Shown here one piece after another: positions 19,648 through 30,786 of a DNA stretch of 64,000 nucleotides. The DNA comes from Alphaproteobacteria bacterium. GTDB lineage: Bacteria > Pseudomonadota > Alphaproteobacteria > Rhizobiales > Beijerinckiaceae. The stretch is from contig VGEB01000003.1 in the NCBI GenBank assembly GCA_016869435.1, forward strand, positions 1,008 to 65,007, given 5' to 3'. The translations under genes were made by a program, and so were the position numbers. Position 1 is the first letter of the stretch. Each line of letters starts with the position of its first letter. The notes beneath the pieces were generated by a model that was not told where the DNA came from, searched no databases, and saw nothing but the letters and a program-made list of their open reading frames with translations.

Positions 19648-20655
19648 ATGCGATCTGTCGTCTTCAAGAACGTTGTTTGTGCTCGGCGTGCGGTCTCCAG
19701 GCCAAAAATCCTCGTTAACCTGCTGTCTCTTGTCTGTCTGGGCGCGCTCGCCGGATGCTCATCCTCTGGGTCGCACAGGAGCGCAAGCCTCGGCGGTTTG
19801 GGTCAGATCGACCCGCGGTATGGCGTTCGCCCAAGCCCGCGGGTGATTGCAGAGGGCGAAGAAGTGCCGAAAGGCGGCGGCGCTTATATGGTCGGCAAGC
19901 CATACAAGATCGCCGGCCGAACCTATTATCCGAGCGAGAGGCCCTATTCGGCGGTCGGAACAGCGTCCTGGTACGGGTCGGATTTCCACGGGCGCCGCAC
20001 CGCTAATGGCGAAATTTTCGACAGGGCGTCGATATCGGCCGCTCACCCGACCATGCCTCTCCCCAGCTATGCCCGGATCACCAATCTGCGCAACGACCGT
20101 TCGATGGTGGTGCGCGTCAATGATCGCGGGCCTTATCATGGCGGGCGCGTGATGGACGTATCGCAGCGGGTGGCGGAAGCGCTCGATTTCCACGGCGTGG
20201 GGACGACGCGCGTTAAAGTGGATTGGATTGGCCGCGCCGAACTTGAGGGTGACGACGACGCCAAACTCCTGGCGACGCTGCGCGACGATGGCGCGCCCGC
20301 TCAGCTCGACGCCTCACCGTGGACAATGCTGGCTTCAGCAAATGAGGCGCCGGCGCAGACGGCGCGCAACGACGAAAGAGCCGAGGCCGCGGAGCTTTCG
20401 GCACGCATCGCCTATGAGAACGCTCAGGCCTCCAACGATCCCACGCTTGCCTATGCGGCTCAGGAAAAAGACGCGCCGCTGCCGCCGTCGCGCGAGCAAG
20501 CGGGGATTGATGAGGACACCGTCGCCTCGACCCGGAAGGCGAAGACAGCCGTCGCGCCGCTGCCGCCGATGCGGCCCGCGCATTTTGGCGCCCGTCAGGC
20601 TTCGGCGCGGGACGCCGTCCGGCAGGCGCTGATCTCCTCCGTCAGGACCAACTGA
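19648..20655 (+). CDS. rlpA: Septal ring lytic transglycosylase RlpA family lipoprotein
   Basis: Lipobox ALAGC, then GTASWYG..FHGRRTANGEIFD, SAAHPTMPLPSY and VRVNDRGPY. Confidence 0.93.
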   Translation: MRSVVFKNVVCARRAVSRPKILVNLLSLVCLGALAGCSSSGSHRSASLGGLGQIDPRYGVRPSPRVIAEGEEVPKGGGAYMVGKPYKIAGRTYYPSERPYSAVGTASWYGSDFHGRRTANGEIFDRASISAAHPTMPLPSYARITNLRNDRSMVVRVNDRGPYHGGRVMDVSQRVAEALDFHGVGTTRVKVDWIGRAELEGDDDAKLLATLRDDGAPAQLDASPWTMLASANEAPAQTARNDERAEAAELSARIAYENAQASNDPTLAYAAQEKDAPLPPSREQAGIDEDTVASTRKAKTAVAPLPPMRPAHFGARQASARDAVRQALISSVRTN

Positions 20656-20745
20656 CGGGATCATATCGAGATTGCAATTTTCGGCGCCGCGCGCCATCTT
20701 CTCCGCGCTCCGCCGCGCCGCGGCGTCAACAAGGGGAGCGCGCCC

Positions 20746-21933
20746 TTGCCGAAGTTTTCGGTGCGATGCCTGATCCTGGCCGTTCTTGCATGGGCAGGGC
20801 TGGGCGCCGATTTCGCCAGCGCCCAAGGTTTTCAGACAAGCGTCCCCAGCGCGATTCTGATCGACGCCGGGACCAATACGGTCTTGTTCGAGAAAGGCGC
20901 TGACGACTTCGCCAAGCCCGCTTCGACCGTAAAAATTCTCACGGCCGAGCTGATCTTTCAGGCCCTCGCCGAGGGCAAACTGAAGCTTGAAGACGAATTC
21001 ACCGTCTCCGAGCACGCCTGGCGCACCGGCGGGGCGCCGGCTGGCGGATCGGCGATGTTCCTGCCGCTCAACAGCAGCGCCCGCGTCGAAGATCTTGTTC
21101 GCGGTCTGGTGATCCAGTCGGGCAATGACGCCGCGATCACGCTTGCGGAAGGTCTGGCGGGCTCCGAAGAAGCTTTCGTGACGCGGATGAACAAGCGCGC
21201 CGCCGAGCTCGGCCTCGTTAAGTCGCGCTTTGGCAATCCGTGGGGCATGGACGGCCCCGATCAAAAAGTGACGGCGCGCGAAATGGCGAAGCTCGCTGCC
21301 CATATCGTCAAGACCTATCCGCAGTATTACGGCTATTTCGGCGAGAAGGAGTTCACCTGGAACAAAATACGTCAGCAGAACCGCAATCCGCTGCTCACCA
21401 TGAGCATCGGCGCGGACGGGCTCAAGACCGGCAATATCGATAAGGAAAGCGGCTATGGATTGGTGGGCTCCGCGACGCAGGACGGCCGGCGCCTCATCGT
21501 CGCCATTTATGGCGCGAAGTCTGCGAAGGAGCGGGCCGAAGAAGCGCGGAAATTGCTGCAATGGGGATTCCGCAACTTCGAAGAGAAGGAGCTGTTCAAA
21601 GCCGGCGAGCCGATCGGCCCGGCCCAGGTCTATGGCGGGACGCAGGGCTCCGTGGAGCTGACGGCCAAGGAAGACATCAAGGTGCTGTTGCCGCGCGGCT
21701 CGAATGAGAGGCTGATGGGCAAGATCGTTTACGAAGGTCCTGTGCTGGCGCCGGTTGAAGCGGGGGCGGCGGTCGGCCGCCTCGAAGTCAAGCGGGGCAA
21801 CGCCGTCGTGCTGGAGCAGCCGCTGCAAACCGCCGAAGCGGTCGAGCAGGGATCGCTTCCGCGCCGCGCCTTCGACGCCATTTACGAATCGGCTGCCGCC
21901 GCCATTCACCAGAAACTGTCCGGCAAGAAATGA
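20746..21933 (+). CDS. dacA: D-alanyl-D-alanine carboxypeptidase
   Basis: PASTVK (SxxK), QSGNDAA (SxN) and GLKTG (KTG). TTG start. Confidence 0.92.
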   Translation: MPKFSVRCLILAVLAWAGLGADFASAQGFQTSVPSAILIDAGTNTVLFEKGADDFAKPASTVKILTAELIFQALAEGKLKLEDEFTVSEHAWRTGGAPAGGSAMFLPLNSSARVEDLVRGLVIQSGNDAAITLAEGLAGSEEAFVTRMNKRAAELGLVKSRFGNPWGMDGPDQKVTAREMAKLAAHIVKTYPQYYGYFGEKEFTWNKIRQQNRNPLLTMSIGADGLKTGNIDKESGYGLVGSATQDGRRLIVAIYGAKSAKERAEEARKLLQWGFRNFEEKELFKAGEPIGPAQVYGGTQGSVELTAKEDIKVLLPRGSNERLMGKIVYEGPVLAPVEAGAAVGRLEVKRGNAVVLEQPLQTAEAVEQGSLPRRAFDAIYESAAAAIHQKLSGKK

Positions 21934-22607
21934 CCTTCCAGACGACGCCCGAAATAGGCCGCTTCGTCACCTTCGAGGGCGGCGAGGGCGTCGGCAAGTC
22001 GACGCAGCTTGCGCGGCTCGCCGCGCATTTGCGCGATTGCGGCTTCGAAGTGGTGACGACGCGCGAGCCGGGCGGCACGGAAAAAGCTGAGAAGCTGCGC
22101 GACTTCCTGCTGTCGGGACGCGTCGCGCCGCTTGGTCCGCTCGCCGAGGCGGCGCTGTTTTCCGCGGCGCGCGCCGACCATGTCCAGGCGCTGATCGCGC
22201 CAGCCCTGAAGCGCGGCGCTTGGGTGCTGTGCGATCGCTTCGCCGATTCGACGCGCGCCTATCAGGGCGCGCGCAGCGGCGTCGACGCCAAGACTTTGGC
22301 GTTGCTCGAAAGAGCGGCGACGGGCGACACCCGGCCGGATCTGACCATCGTGCTCGACCTGCCGGCGCGGGACGGGCTGGCGCGGGCGGCCTCGCGGCGA
22401 GATGGCGGCGAACGCGCCGACCGCTTCGAAAGCGAGGAGCCGTCGTTCCATGAGGAGCTTCGCCAGGCCTTCCTCGAGATCGCCGAAAGTGACCCGGCAC
22501 GCTGCTGCGTGATCGACGCGTCCTTGTCCGTCGACGAGGTCGCCCGGACGGTGCGCGCGCTCGTTCATGACCGCTTCCTTGCGCATGCCGCGCAAGCTGC
22601 GCAATGA
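21930..22607 (+). CDS. tmk: Thymidylate kinase
   Basis: FVTFEGGEGVGKSTQ, TREPGG, CDRFADSTRAYQG and PDLTIVLD. Confidence 0.96.
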   Translation: MTFQTTPEIGRFVTFEGGEGVGKSTQLARLAAHLRDCGFEVVTTREPGGTEKAEKLRDFLLSGRVAPLGPLAEAALFSAARADHVQALIAPALKRGAWVLCDRFADSTRAYQGARSGVDAKTLALLERAATGDTRPDLTIVLDLPARDGLARAASRRDGGERADRFESEEPSFHEELRQAFLEIAESDPARCCVIDASLSVDEVARTVRALVHDRFLAHAAQAAQ

Positions 22608-23674
22608 GTCGCGACGAAGCGAACCCCGAAAGCGACCGCTACGACGACGCCCCGCATCCGCGGGAGACTCTCGCCCTGTTCGGTCACGTCGAGGCGGAAC
22701 GCGAACTCCTCGACGCCTACCGTCGCAACAAGATGGCGCAGGCCTGGATCATCGGTGGGCCGGAGGGCGTCGGCAAGGCGACGCTTGCCTGGCGCCTGGC
22801 GCGATTTCTCCTCGCCCATCCCGGACCAGGCGCCGCCGCGGTCCAGAACGCCGAAAGCCTCGCGGTCGCTGAGGACCATCCGGCGGCGCGCCGCATCGCT
22901 TCGCTGGCGCTCGCCGATATTTTTCTGCTCCGCCGGGCCTGGAACGAGAAGACCAAGAAGCATTTCACCGAAATTCGCATCGAAGAGGTGCGCAAGGTCA
23001 TCCAGGCCTTCCATCAGGCTTCTGGAACGGGAGGCTGGCGCGTCGCCATCGTCGACTGTGCCGACGATCTCAATCGCGCCAGCGCCAACGCGCTGTTGAA
23101 GCTGATCGAGGAGCCGCCAGAACGTTCGCTGTTTCTGCTCGTCGCGCATCAGCCCGGGCGCATCCTGGCGACCATCCGCTCGCGCTGCCGCAGACTGATG
23201 CTCGGTCCCCTGTCGCCGGAAGACACGATCGCCGCGGTGAAAAATATTGGGTCCCCCTGGTCGGAGGCGCCGGAGGCGGATCTCATCGTCGCCGCGGCGC
23301 GCGCCGACGGCTCGGTGCGCGAAGCGCTGCGGCTGCTTGGCGATGATGGCGTCGCCTTCGACGCCGCCGTTCGCCGTCTCTTCGAGCGGCTGCCGCAGGT
23401 CGATTGGCTCGGCGCGCATATGCTCGCCGACAAGCTCACCGGCCGTGACAATGAAGCCGCCTATGAAACCTTCATGCGCGCGACGCAGAGGCATCTCGAC
23501 GTGCGGGTCCGCGAGCTTGCAGGAACTGGCGCGCCGCCAATCAGACTGGCCGGCTACGCCCGCGTCTGGGAGGAGATTCGCAGCGCCGCTCGCGAGACCG
23601 AAGTGTTCAATTTCGACAAGCGCGCGCTGGTGCTGGGCGTCTTCGAGCGGCTGGCGCGGGCGGAAGGGCCGTAG
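22604..23674 (+). CDS. holB: DNA polymerase III delta' subunit
   Basis: GPEGVGKATLA, WRVAIVDCADDLN..SANALLKLIEEPP and TIRSRC. Confidence 0.93.
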   Translation: MSRDEANPESDRYDDAPHPRETLALFGHVEAERELLDAYRRNKMAQAWIIGGPEGVGKATLAWRLARFLLAHPGPGAAAVQNAESLAVAEDHPAARRIASLALADIFLLRRAWNEKTKKHFTEIRIEEVRKVIQAFHQASGTGGWRVAIVDCADDLNRASANALLKLIEEPPERSLFLLVAHQPGRILATIRSRCRRLMLGPLSPEDTIAAVKNIGSPWSEAPEADLIVAAARADGSVREALRLLGDDGVAFDAAVRRLFERLPQVDWLGAHMLADKLTGRDNEAAYETFMRATQRHLDVRVRELAGTGAPPIRLAGYARVWEEIRSAARETEVFNFDKRALVLGVFERLARAEGP

Positions 23675-23679
23675 TTGTA

Positions 23680-23880
23680 ATGAAAGACGAATACGATTTT
23701 TCGAAGGGCGAGCGTGGCAAGTATTTCCGCGGCGAACTCGAATTTTCTCCCCCTGTCCATTTGGAGCGGGAGGTGAAGGAGTTCTTGCTTTCGCGCGCCG
23801 AGGCCAAGGGACATTCGCTTGATGAGATCGTCAACGAATTGCTCAAGGAAGACATTCTGCGCATTAAGGCGGCGAGTTAA
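23680..23880 (+). CDS. Small CopG/BrnA-like antitoxin-type protein with no adjacent toxin
   Basis: MKDEYDFSKGERGKYF...PVHLE..V..FL...A..KG....IVN.LLK resembles antitoxins I recall beside BrnT-type toxins. Confidence 0.6.
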   Translation: MKDEYDFSKGERGKYFRGELEFSPPVHLEREVKEFLLSRAEAKGHSLDEIVNELLKEDILRIKAAS

Positions 23881-23920
23881 TGGGCTGGCGTTTTGCGACA
23901 AGCGCGACCATGACGCGAGT

Positions 23921-25159
23921 CTAAATCCTATCCTTCGCGACCGCCTCTTCGAGAAGTTGCTGGACGACCGCGGGATCGCGCGGGAAGCCGGCGCGAATCC
24001 ATTCAGCTTGCAACAATTTTAGCACTTCGCCCAAAGCCTTGCCGGGCGCGACGCCGCGGGCGATCAGGTCCGCGCCCTTTATCGGAAAGGCGGGCGTCGG
24101 CGTTTCTTCGAGATAACGAGCGGCTTCGAGCCAATCGGCGGCATCCGCCGCCGCCGCGCTTTCTGCATGCGCAAGCGCCAGCGCGTCGGCGGCGGTGCGC
24201 GCGCCGCATAGGAAAAGCATCTCGCGCAGATGCGACGGCGGCGGCGGCACGTCGCGTCCGTGCAGCGGCGCAAGCGTTCGCGCCGCCGCCGCAAGCCGCG
24301 CGAATTCGTCGTTGGAGAGCCGCAGGCGGTCGCGCAGCCGCTCGGCGTCTTCGATCGTCAGCGCCGAGAAGGCCGCTAGGCGCAAGACCGCATCCGCGGG
24401 CCTGCCCATAGCCCTCTCGCGCTCGGCAAGCCGTTGCAGGCGCGAGGGATAGCCGATGCCGAGAATCACTTCGATGACTCCGGCGTGCGACATGGCGCGT
24501 AAAATCTCGGGCGCCCGGCGCGCGAGCATCAGCTTCATCAATTCGGCGCGGATGCGCTCGCGCGACAGTCGCGAGAGATTTTCCCGTGCAACAATCGACT
24601 CATGCAGGCCTTCGCGGTCGAACGGCCCTTCGCCATGGGAGGCGTTGAAGCGGAAAAAGCGCAATATGCGCAGGTAATCCTCGCGAATCCGCGTCGCGGC
24701 GTCGCCGATGAAACGGATGCGCCGCGCCTCAATATCCGCAAGCCCGCCCGTGTAATCGTGTATCTCTCCGTCGGGGGAAAGCGACAGCGCGTTGATGGTA
24801 AAGTCGCGCCGCTTGGCGTCCTGCTCGAAATCGCCGCCGAATCGAACCTTGGCGAAGCGCCCGTCGGTTTCGACGTCTTCGCGCAGCGTCGTGACTTCGA
24901 AAGGCGTTCCCGCGACGACGATCGTCACGGTGCCGTGTTCGAACCCCGTCGGCACGCCTTTGAGGCCGGCGTCGCGCGCGGCCACAAGGACGGCCTCGGG
25001 CAAGGCTGTCGTGGCGAGGTCGATCTCATGAGGCGGCAAGCCCAGGAGCGCGTCGCGCACCGCGCCGCCGACGACCCGCGTCTCGGCGCCGGTCCTGGCG
25101 AGCGCAGCGAACAGCGTCGCCAAACGCCGATCGTCGAGAAGTCTCTGCGCCGGGTTCAT
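23921..25159 (-). CDS. cca: CCA tRNA nucleotidyltransferase / poly(A) polymerase family
   Basis: VVGGAVRDALLG...EIDLAT, GFEHGTVT, FEVTTLRED, RRDFTINAL and IREDYLRILRFFRF. Start placed at 25159 (ATGA overlap). Confidence 0.92.
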   Translation of the reverse strand: MNPAQRLLDDRRLATLFAALARTGAETRVVGGAVRDALLGLPPHEIDLATTALPEAVLVAARDAGLKGVPTGFEHGTVTIVVAGTPFEVTTLREDVETDGRFAKVRFGGDFEQDAKRRDFTINALSLSPDGEIHDYTGGLADIEARRIRFIGDAATRIREDYLRILRFFRFNASHGEGPFDREGLHESIVARENLSRLSRERIRAELMKLMLARRAPEILRAMSHAGVIEVILGIGYPSRLQRLAERERAMGRPADAVLRLAAFSALTIEDAERLRDRLRLSNDEFARLAAAARTLAPLHGRDVPPPPSHLREMLFLCGARTAADALALAHAESAAAADAADWLEAARYLEETPTPAFPIKGADLIARGVAPGKALGEVLKLLQAEWIRAGFPRDPAVVQQLLEEAVAKDRI

Positions 25160-25413
25160 TCGAAACGGCCCGGCGTCAATTTTCCATTTTCGACATGGGC
25201 CGGCACATAGGCGCCCTGATTGAGCCCGGTGAGGCCGAACGTCACCACGCCGACGATGGCGATCAGGAGACCTGCGATCGTCAACAGCGAAACGATCCTG
25301 CCATGCCAGAGTTCGCGCACGAAGGGCCAGCGCCGCTGCAGCAAATGAAAAAGCGCATAGGCGACGAAAGGCGTGAGAAAAAGCAGGGCGGTTTCGACGA
25401 TTGCGCGCCACAT
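25156..25413 (-). CDS. DUF6111-like small membrane protein
   Basis: LFLTPFVAY, a TM segment and YVPAHVENGKLTPGRFE. This is the usual position upstream of the CCA enzyme. Confidence 0.8.
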   Translation of the reverse strand: MWRAIVETALLFLTPFVAYALFHLLQRRWPFVRELWHGRIVSLLTIAGLLIAIVGVVTFGLTGLNQGAYVPAHVENGKLTPGRFE

Positions 25414-25600
25414 GGGCGAGAGCGCCTTTCAGGATGAGGGCCGGCGACTGGAATATACATGGCGTCGGTCAAACGGCGTTTAATGCAGGCGCGGGAACGA
25501 CCTGTCATCTCCGAATTGTCTATAACCGGCAAAAGATTGCCCAAAGCGTCGGCAGCGCTTGAATTACCGGGGCGGACGGATCAAGATTGCGCTTGGCCAT
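25414..25600 (-). pseudogene. Possible decayed remnant of the CoA pyrophosphatase (Nudix) gene expected at this position
   Basis: Fragments LLPVIDNSEMT and DAMYIPVAG weakly resemble the Nudix VLIPVxxRxExT and YAMPxxxxYIWGxTAG segments. Confidence 0.3.
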
Positions 25601-25736
25601 AATCGCGCCGCTTCGCCCCTGAAAATCCGTGCGAAGCCGATGGCGCGGGACAATTGGATCAACAAGCGGCGGAACTCGGCAGCTCCGCCGGCGCGCCCGA
25701 TCCTCCTCCTGGAAAGTCTGCCCGAGCAAAGCTGAA

Positions 25737-26741
<1,005 letters not shown>

Positions 26742-26774
26742 CGCATCTTGATGCGTCCTGCTTCGCCGTCATCG

Positions 26775-26892
26775 CTAGATCACGCTGCATTTGGGCGGAA
26801 TCGCCCCAATGCAGATAACGTGATCGATTCCAAAAGTTTAGAGCGCGCTCGATGCGAAAAACCGGTTCCCACTTTTTCGCAGCGCGCTCTAG
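26775..26892. repeat. Rhizobiales intergenic palindromic repeat, copy 1
   Basis: AGATCACGCTGCATTTGGGCGGAATCG...GAAAAACCGGTTCCCACTTTTTCGCAGCGCGCTCTAG. Near-identical to 35486-35601. Confidence 0.85.
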
Positions 26893-26922
26893 AGCGTCGC
26901 GTCATCACCGAGAAGGCTGACG

Positions 26923-27858
26923 ATGTTCGCTGACGTCACCACGCGCGCCTACGATCCCGCGCGGCGCAATCCTGCCGACGGCGCGGCGGCGGCGGATCTT
27001 GCGAGCCGAATGCCGAGGCTGGTGGCGCGCGCTCGCGAAATTGCGGCGAGCCTCGCCTATGGCGTCCACGGCCGCAAGCGGGCGGGCGTCGGCGAGACGT
27101 TCTGGCAATATCGGCCCTTTGCCTCGGGCGAGGCGGCGCATCGCATCGACTGGCGCCGCTCGGCGCGCGGCGATCAGCTCTATGTGCGCGAGCGTGAATG
27201 GGAGGCCGCGCACGACTATTTCCTGTGGATGGATTGTTCGCCATCGATGGCCTTCGGCTCTTCTCTCGCGGCCGACGACAAGCTTTCGCGCGGCGTCACC
27301 CTGGGGCTGGCGCTGGCCGACGTTCTCGTGCGGGGCGGCGAACGGGCCGCGGCGCTGGGCCTGACCGCGCCGGTCTCGGCCCGCGACGTGATCGACCGAC
27401 TCGCGCGCGCTCTGGCCGACAGCGCAATGGCGGCGGCGCACGATGATCTTCCGCCGCAGGCGCCGATGCGCCCGCGCGCCCGCGTCGTGCTGATTTCCGA
27501 CTTCCTCATCGAACCCGATATGCTCGCCGCGCGGCTGCGACGCTTCGCCGACGCTGGCGCGTCGGGCGCGATCCTGATGGTGACCGACCCTAGCGAAGAA
27601 TCGCTGCCGTTCTCAGGCGAAACCACCTTTCTCGACACGGACGGCGGACCCGCCTTTTACGCCGGCGATGCCCGAAGCTTGCGCGCGGATTATGCGAAAC
27701 GGTTTGAAGCCCATCGCGACGCCGTGCGCCGCACCGCGCAACATGTCGGCTTCATCTTCCTGCAGCATCGCACCGACAGGCCGGCCGCAGAGGCGGCGCT
27801 TGCGCTGGCGATGGGTCTACTGGGTTCGGACGGCGTGGGGTTCGAGGAGCGGCGCTGA
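26923..27858 (+). CDS. DUF58 domain protein (vWA-like MoxR partner)
   Basis: GVHGRKRAGVGETFWQYRPF, IDWRRSAR, LYVREREWE, DCSPSM and VVLISDF. Confidence 0.92.
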   Translation: MFADVTTRAYDPARRNPADGAAAADLASRMPRLVARAREIAASLAYGVHGRKRAGVGETFWQYRPFASGEAAHRIDWRRSARGDQLYVREREWEAAHDYFLWMDCSPSMAFGSSLAADDKLSRGVTLGLALADVLVRGGERAAALGLTAPVSARDVIDRLARALADSAMAAAHDDLPPQAPMRPRARVVLISDFLIEPDMLAARLRRFADAGASGAILMVTDPSEESLPFSGETTFLDTDGGPAFYAGDARSLRADYAKRFEAHRDAVRRTAQHVGFIFLQHRTDRPAAEAALALAMGLLGSDGVGFEERR

Positions 27859-30626
27859 TGTTTTCCTTCGCTGCGCCGCTCGCGCTGTTCGGCCTCCTCA
27901 GCCTGCCGCTCATCTACTGGCTGCTGCAGGTGACGCCGCCGCGACCGCGCGAGATCGTGTTTCCGCCGACCAAAATCCTGCGCGAGCTGAAGCCGGACGA
28001 TGAGACGCCCGCGAAGACTCCCTGGTGGCTGGTGACGCTGCGGCTGGCGCTCGCCGCGGCGTTGATTTTCGCGATGGCGGGGCCGGTTTGGGCGCCGAGC
28101 GGCGTCGTGGCCTCCGCCGCGCCGACGCTGATCGTGATCGACGACGGCTGGCCGGCCGCGCCAACATGGGAGCGCCGCATCGCCGGGGCCCAATCGCTTA
28201 TCGAGGCGGCGGCGCGCGCGGGCGGCCCGGTCGCCGTCGCGCTCGCCTCCGAGAGTGCTGCGCCTGCTCTGGGCGACGGACCGCGCGCGCTGGAAAAGCT
28301 GCGCCCGGCGCGGCCCAAGCCCTTTCTGCCGGAGCGCAAGCCGATCGGCGAACAGGTTGCAGCCTTCGCGCGAGCGCATCCCACGGCGCGCATCGTCTGG
28401 ATCAGCGACGGCCTCGCGCAGGGCGATGCAGCAGGTTTTGCGCGCGCATTGAAAGAGTCGGGGGCGAGCGGCGTCGAGGTCTATGTCGAAGATCATGCGC
28501 CGCGGGCGCTGGTCGCGCCGACCAATGACGCCGCCGCGCTCAGCGTCGACGTGCTGCGCGCCGGCGGCGAGGAGTCGACGGTTGTCGAAGCGCTCGACGC
28601 CAAAGGACGGACAATCGGCCGCGCCGCTGCGCAATTCGGCGCCGCTTCGCGCGTTCGCGCGAAAATCGAACTGCCGGTCGAACTGCGCAATGAGGTCAGC
28701 CATCTGCGCATCGAAGGCGAGAATTCCGCCGGCGCCGTTGCGCTGCTCGACGCGCGTTCGAAAGTGAAACGCGTCGCGCTTGTCGGCGGCGAGGGCGCCG
28801 ACGAGGCGCAACCGCTGCTCTCGCCGCTCTACTATCTCGAAAAAGCGCTTGCGCCCTTCGCTCAGGTGCGAACCGCGCGTCCTGGCGTCGTCGATCCGGT
28901 GCAGGCGTTGCTCGCCGAGAATCCCAATATCATGGCGCTCGCCGATGTCGGTCTTGCCCCCGGCGAAACCTTCGACGCTTTGTCGCGCTTTGTCGACGAA
29001 GGGGGGACGCTGGTGCGCTTCGCCGGGCCGCGCCTCGCCAACGCGGATGACGAGCTTTTGCCGGTGCGCCTGCGTCGCAACGGCCGCGTGCTCGGCGGCG
29101 CGATGTCGTGGGAAGAGCCAAAGTCTCTGGCCGAATTCGACGCCGCGAGCCCCTTCTTCGGTCTGCCCGCGTCGAAGGACGTCACGGTGCAGCGGCAGGT
29201 TCTCGCCGAGCCCGATCCGGGACTCGCTGACAAGACCTGGGCGCGCCTTTCCGACGGCACGCCGCTTGTAACGGCGGAGCGTCGCGGCAAGGGGTTGATC
29301 GTACTCTTTCACGTCAACGCCGACGCCAACTGGTCGAATCTGCCGATCTCGGGACTGTTCGTCGAGATGCTGAAGCGGATCAGCGTCATGGCCGGGGAAT
29401 CGGCGGCTTCGGGCGGCGAACGATCGGACATTGTCGCTGATCAGTCGGCCTTGGCGCCGATGCGCATTCTCGACGGATTTGGCGCGCTCGGCGCGCCCGG
29501 CCCGACCGCGCAGAGCATACCGCCCGGTTTCGACGGTCCGGCAAGCGCCGAACATCCGCCAGGACTTTATGGGGCAGGGGACGCGTTCATCGCCGTGCAG
29601 ACGCTGCGCCCTGATGACGAAATCAGCGCTTTCGATTTCGCAGGCGCGGGGCTGAGCGCCAGCGCGCTGCAATCTGGCGCTCAAACCGATCTGCGTGGTC
29701 CGCTGCTCCTCTTCGCTCTCGTCGCCTTCATCGCCGACGCGCTGATCGCCATGGCGCTCGGCGGCAGGCTTCGGCTGCGGCCGTTCGGCGCCGCGACGGC
29801 TGCAATGCTGGCGCTGCTCTGCGCGCCGGCGACGATGGATGAATCGCGCGCCGAACCTGCGCCGAGATCGGCCGTTTCCCAGCGTGACAAGGACGCCGCG
29901 CTGACGACGCGCCTCGCCTATGTGATCTCGGGCGACGCCCGCGTCGACGAAACCTCGCGACTGGGCCTCGAGGCGCTCTCTCAGGCGCTCAACTCGCGCA
30001 CGTCCTTCGCACCAGGCGATCCGGTCGGCGTCGATCCGGCGAAGGACGAACTCGCATTCTATCCCATGCTCTATTGGCCGATCGTCGCCGGCGCGCCGCA
30101 GCCCTCAGCCAAGACGACGGCAAGAGTCGCGGCCTATATGAAACAGGGCGGAACGGTCGTCTTCGATACGCGTGACGCTCTCTCGCAACGCATCGGCGGC
30201 GCGCCGACGCCCGAGACGCAATGGCTGCGCGATCTGACCAAAGGCCTCGACATTCCGCCGCTTGAAGTGACGCCGCGCGATCACGTCATTACCAAGACCT
30301 TCTATCTGCTCGACGGATTCGTCGGCCGTTTCGCTAATGGCGAGACCTGGGTCGAGGCGCTGCCGCCGGAGCCCAAGGATCAGGCCGCGCGCCCCGTGCG
30401 CGCGACCGACAGCGTCTCGGCGATCGTCATCACCTCTAACGACCTCGCCGCCGCCTGGGCGCAGGACAAGCGCGGCCAGCCGCTGTTTCCGCTGACGCCC
30501 GGCGGCGCGCGCCAGCGCGAATTCGCGATCCGCGGCGGCATCAATCTCGTGATGTATACGCTGACCGGAAACTACAAATCCGACCAGGTTCATGTCCGCG
30601 ACTTGTTGGAAAGGCTCGGCCAGTGA
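27858..30626 (+). CDS. BatA-N-terminal / DUF4159 domain membrane protein
   Basis: LPLIYWLLQVTPPRPREIVFPP (BatA-like), IVIDDGW and C-terminal YPMLYWP...GINLVMYTLTGNYKSDQVH. Confidence 0.88.
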   Translation: MFSFAAPLALFGLLSLPLIYWLLQVTPPRPREIVFPPTKILRELKPDDETPAKTPWWLVTLRLALAAALIFAMAGPVWAPSGVVASAAPTLIVIDDGWPAAPTWERRIAGAQSLIEAAARAGGPVAVALASESAAPALGDGPRALEKLRPARPKPFLPERKPIGEQVAAFARAHPTARIVWISDGLAQGDAAGFARALKESGASGVEVYVEDHAPRALVAPTNDAAALSVDVLRAGGEESTVVEALDAKGRTIGRAAAQFGAASRVRAKIELPVELRNEVSHLRIEGENSAGAVALLDARSKVKRVALVGGEGADEAQPLLSPLYYLEKALAPFAQVRTARPGVVDPVQALLAENPNIMALADVGLAPGETFDALSRFVDEGGTLVRFAGPRLANADDELLPVRLRRNGRVLGGAMSWEEPKSLAEFDAASPFFGLPASKDVTVQRQVLAEPDPGLADKTWARLSDGTPLVTAERRGKGLIVLFHVNADANWSNLPISGLFVEMLKRISVMAGESAASGGERSDIVADQSALAPMRILDGFGALGAPGPTAQSIPPGFDGPASAEHPPGLYGAGDAFIAVQTLRPDDEISAFDFAGAGLSASALQSGAQTDLRGPLLLFALVAFIADALIAMALGGRLRLRPFGAATAAMLALLCAPATMDESRAEPAPRSAVSQRDKDAALTTRLAYVISGDARVDETSRLGLEALSQALNSRTSFAPGDPVGVDPAKDELAFYPMLYWPIVAGAPQPSAKTTARVAAYMKQGGTVVFDTRDALSQRIGGAPTPETQWLRDLTKGLDIPPLEVTPRDHVITKTFYLLDGFVGRFANGETWVEALPPEPKDQAARPVRATDSVSAIVITSNDLAAAWAQDKRGQPLFPLTPGGARQREFAIRGGINLVMYTLTGNYKSDQVHVRDLLERLGQ

Positions 30627-30657
30627 GCGACCGGGCTTTTCCAGACGTCTCAACGAC

Positions 30658-30763
30658 GTCATGGCCGGGCTTGTCCCGGCCATCCACGTCGGGACAATGC
30701 GCGGATGCGACGAAACTTGCGCGGCGGCGCGGCGTGGATGCCCGCGACAAGCGCGGGCATGAC
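30658..30763. repeat. REP-like GTCATGGCC...GGCATGAC double-hairpin element, copy 1
   Basis: GTCATGGCCGGGCTTGTCCCGGCCATCCACG...GTGGATGCCCGCGACAAGCGCGGGCATGAC. Related to 43330-43435. Confidence 0.85.
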
Positions 30764-30786
30764 GGCGCTGCATGGGGCTGGGGCGC

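Noticed and set aside
23921-25411. 496-aa ORF as one long CCA enzyme
   Set aside because: The first 84 codons overlap the DUF6111-like gene in another frame. Homology starts near MNPAQRLL, with an ATGA overlap at 25156-25159.
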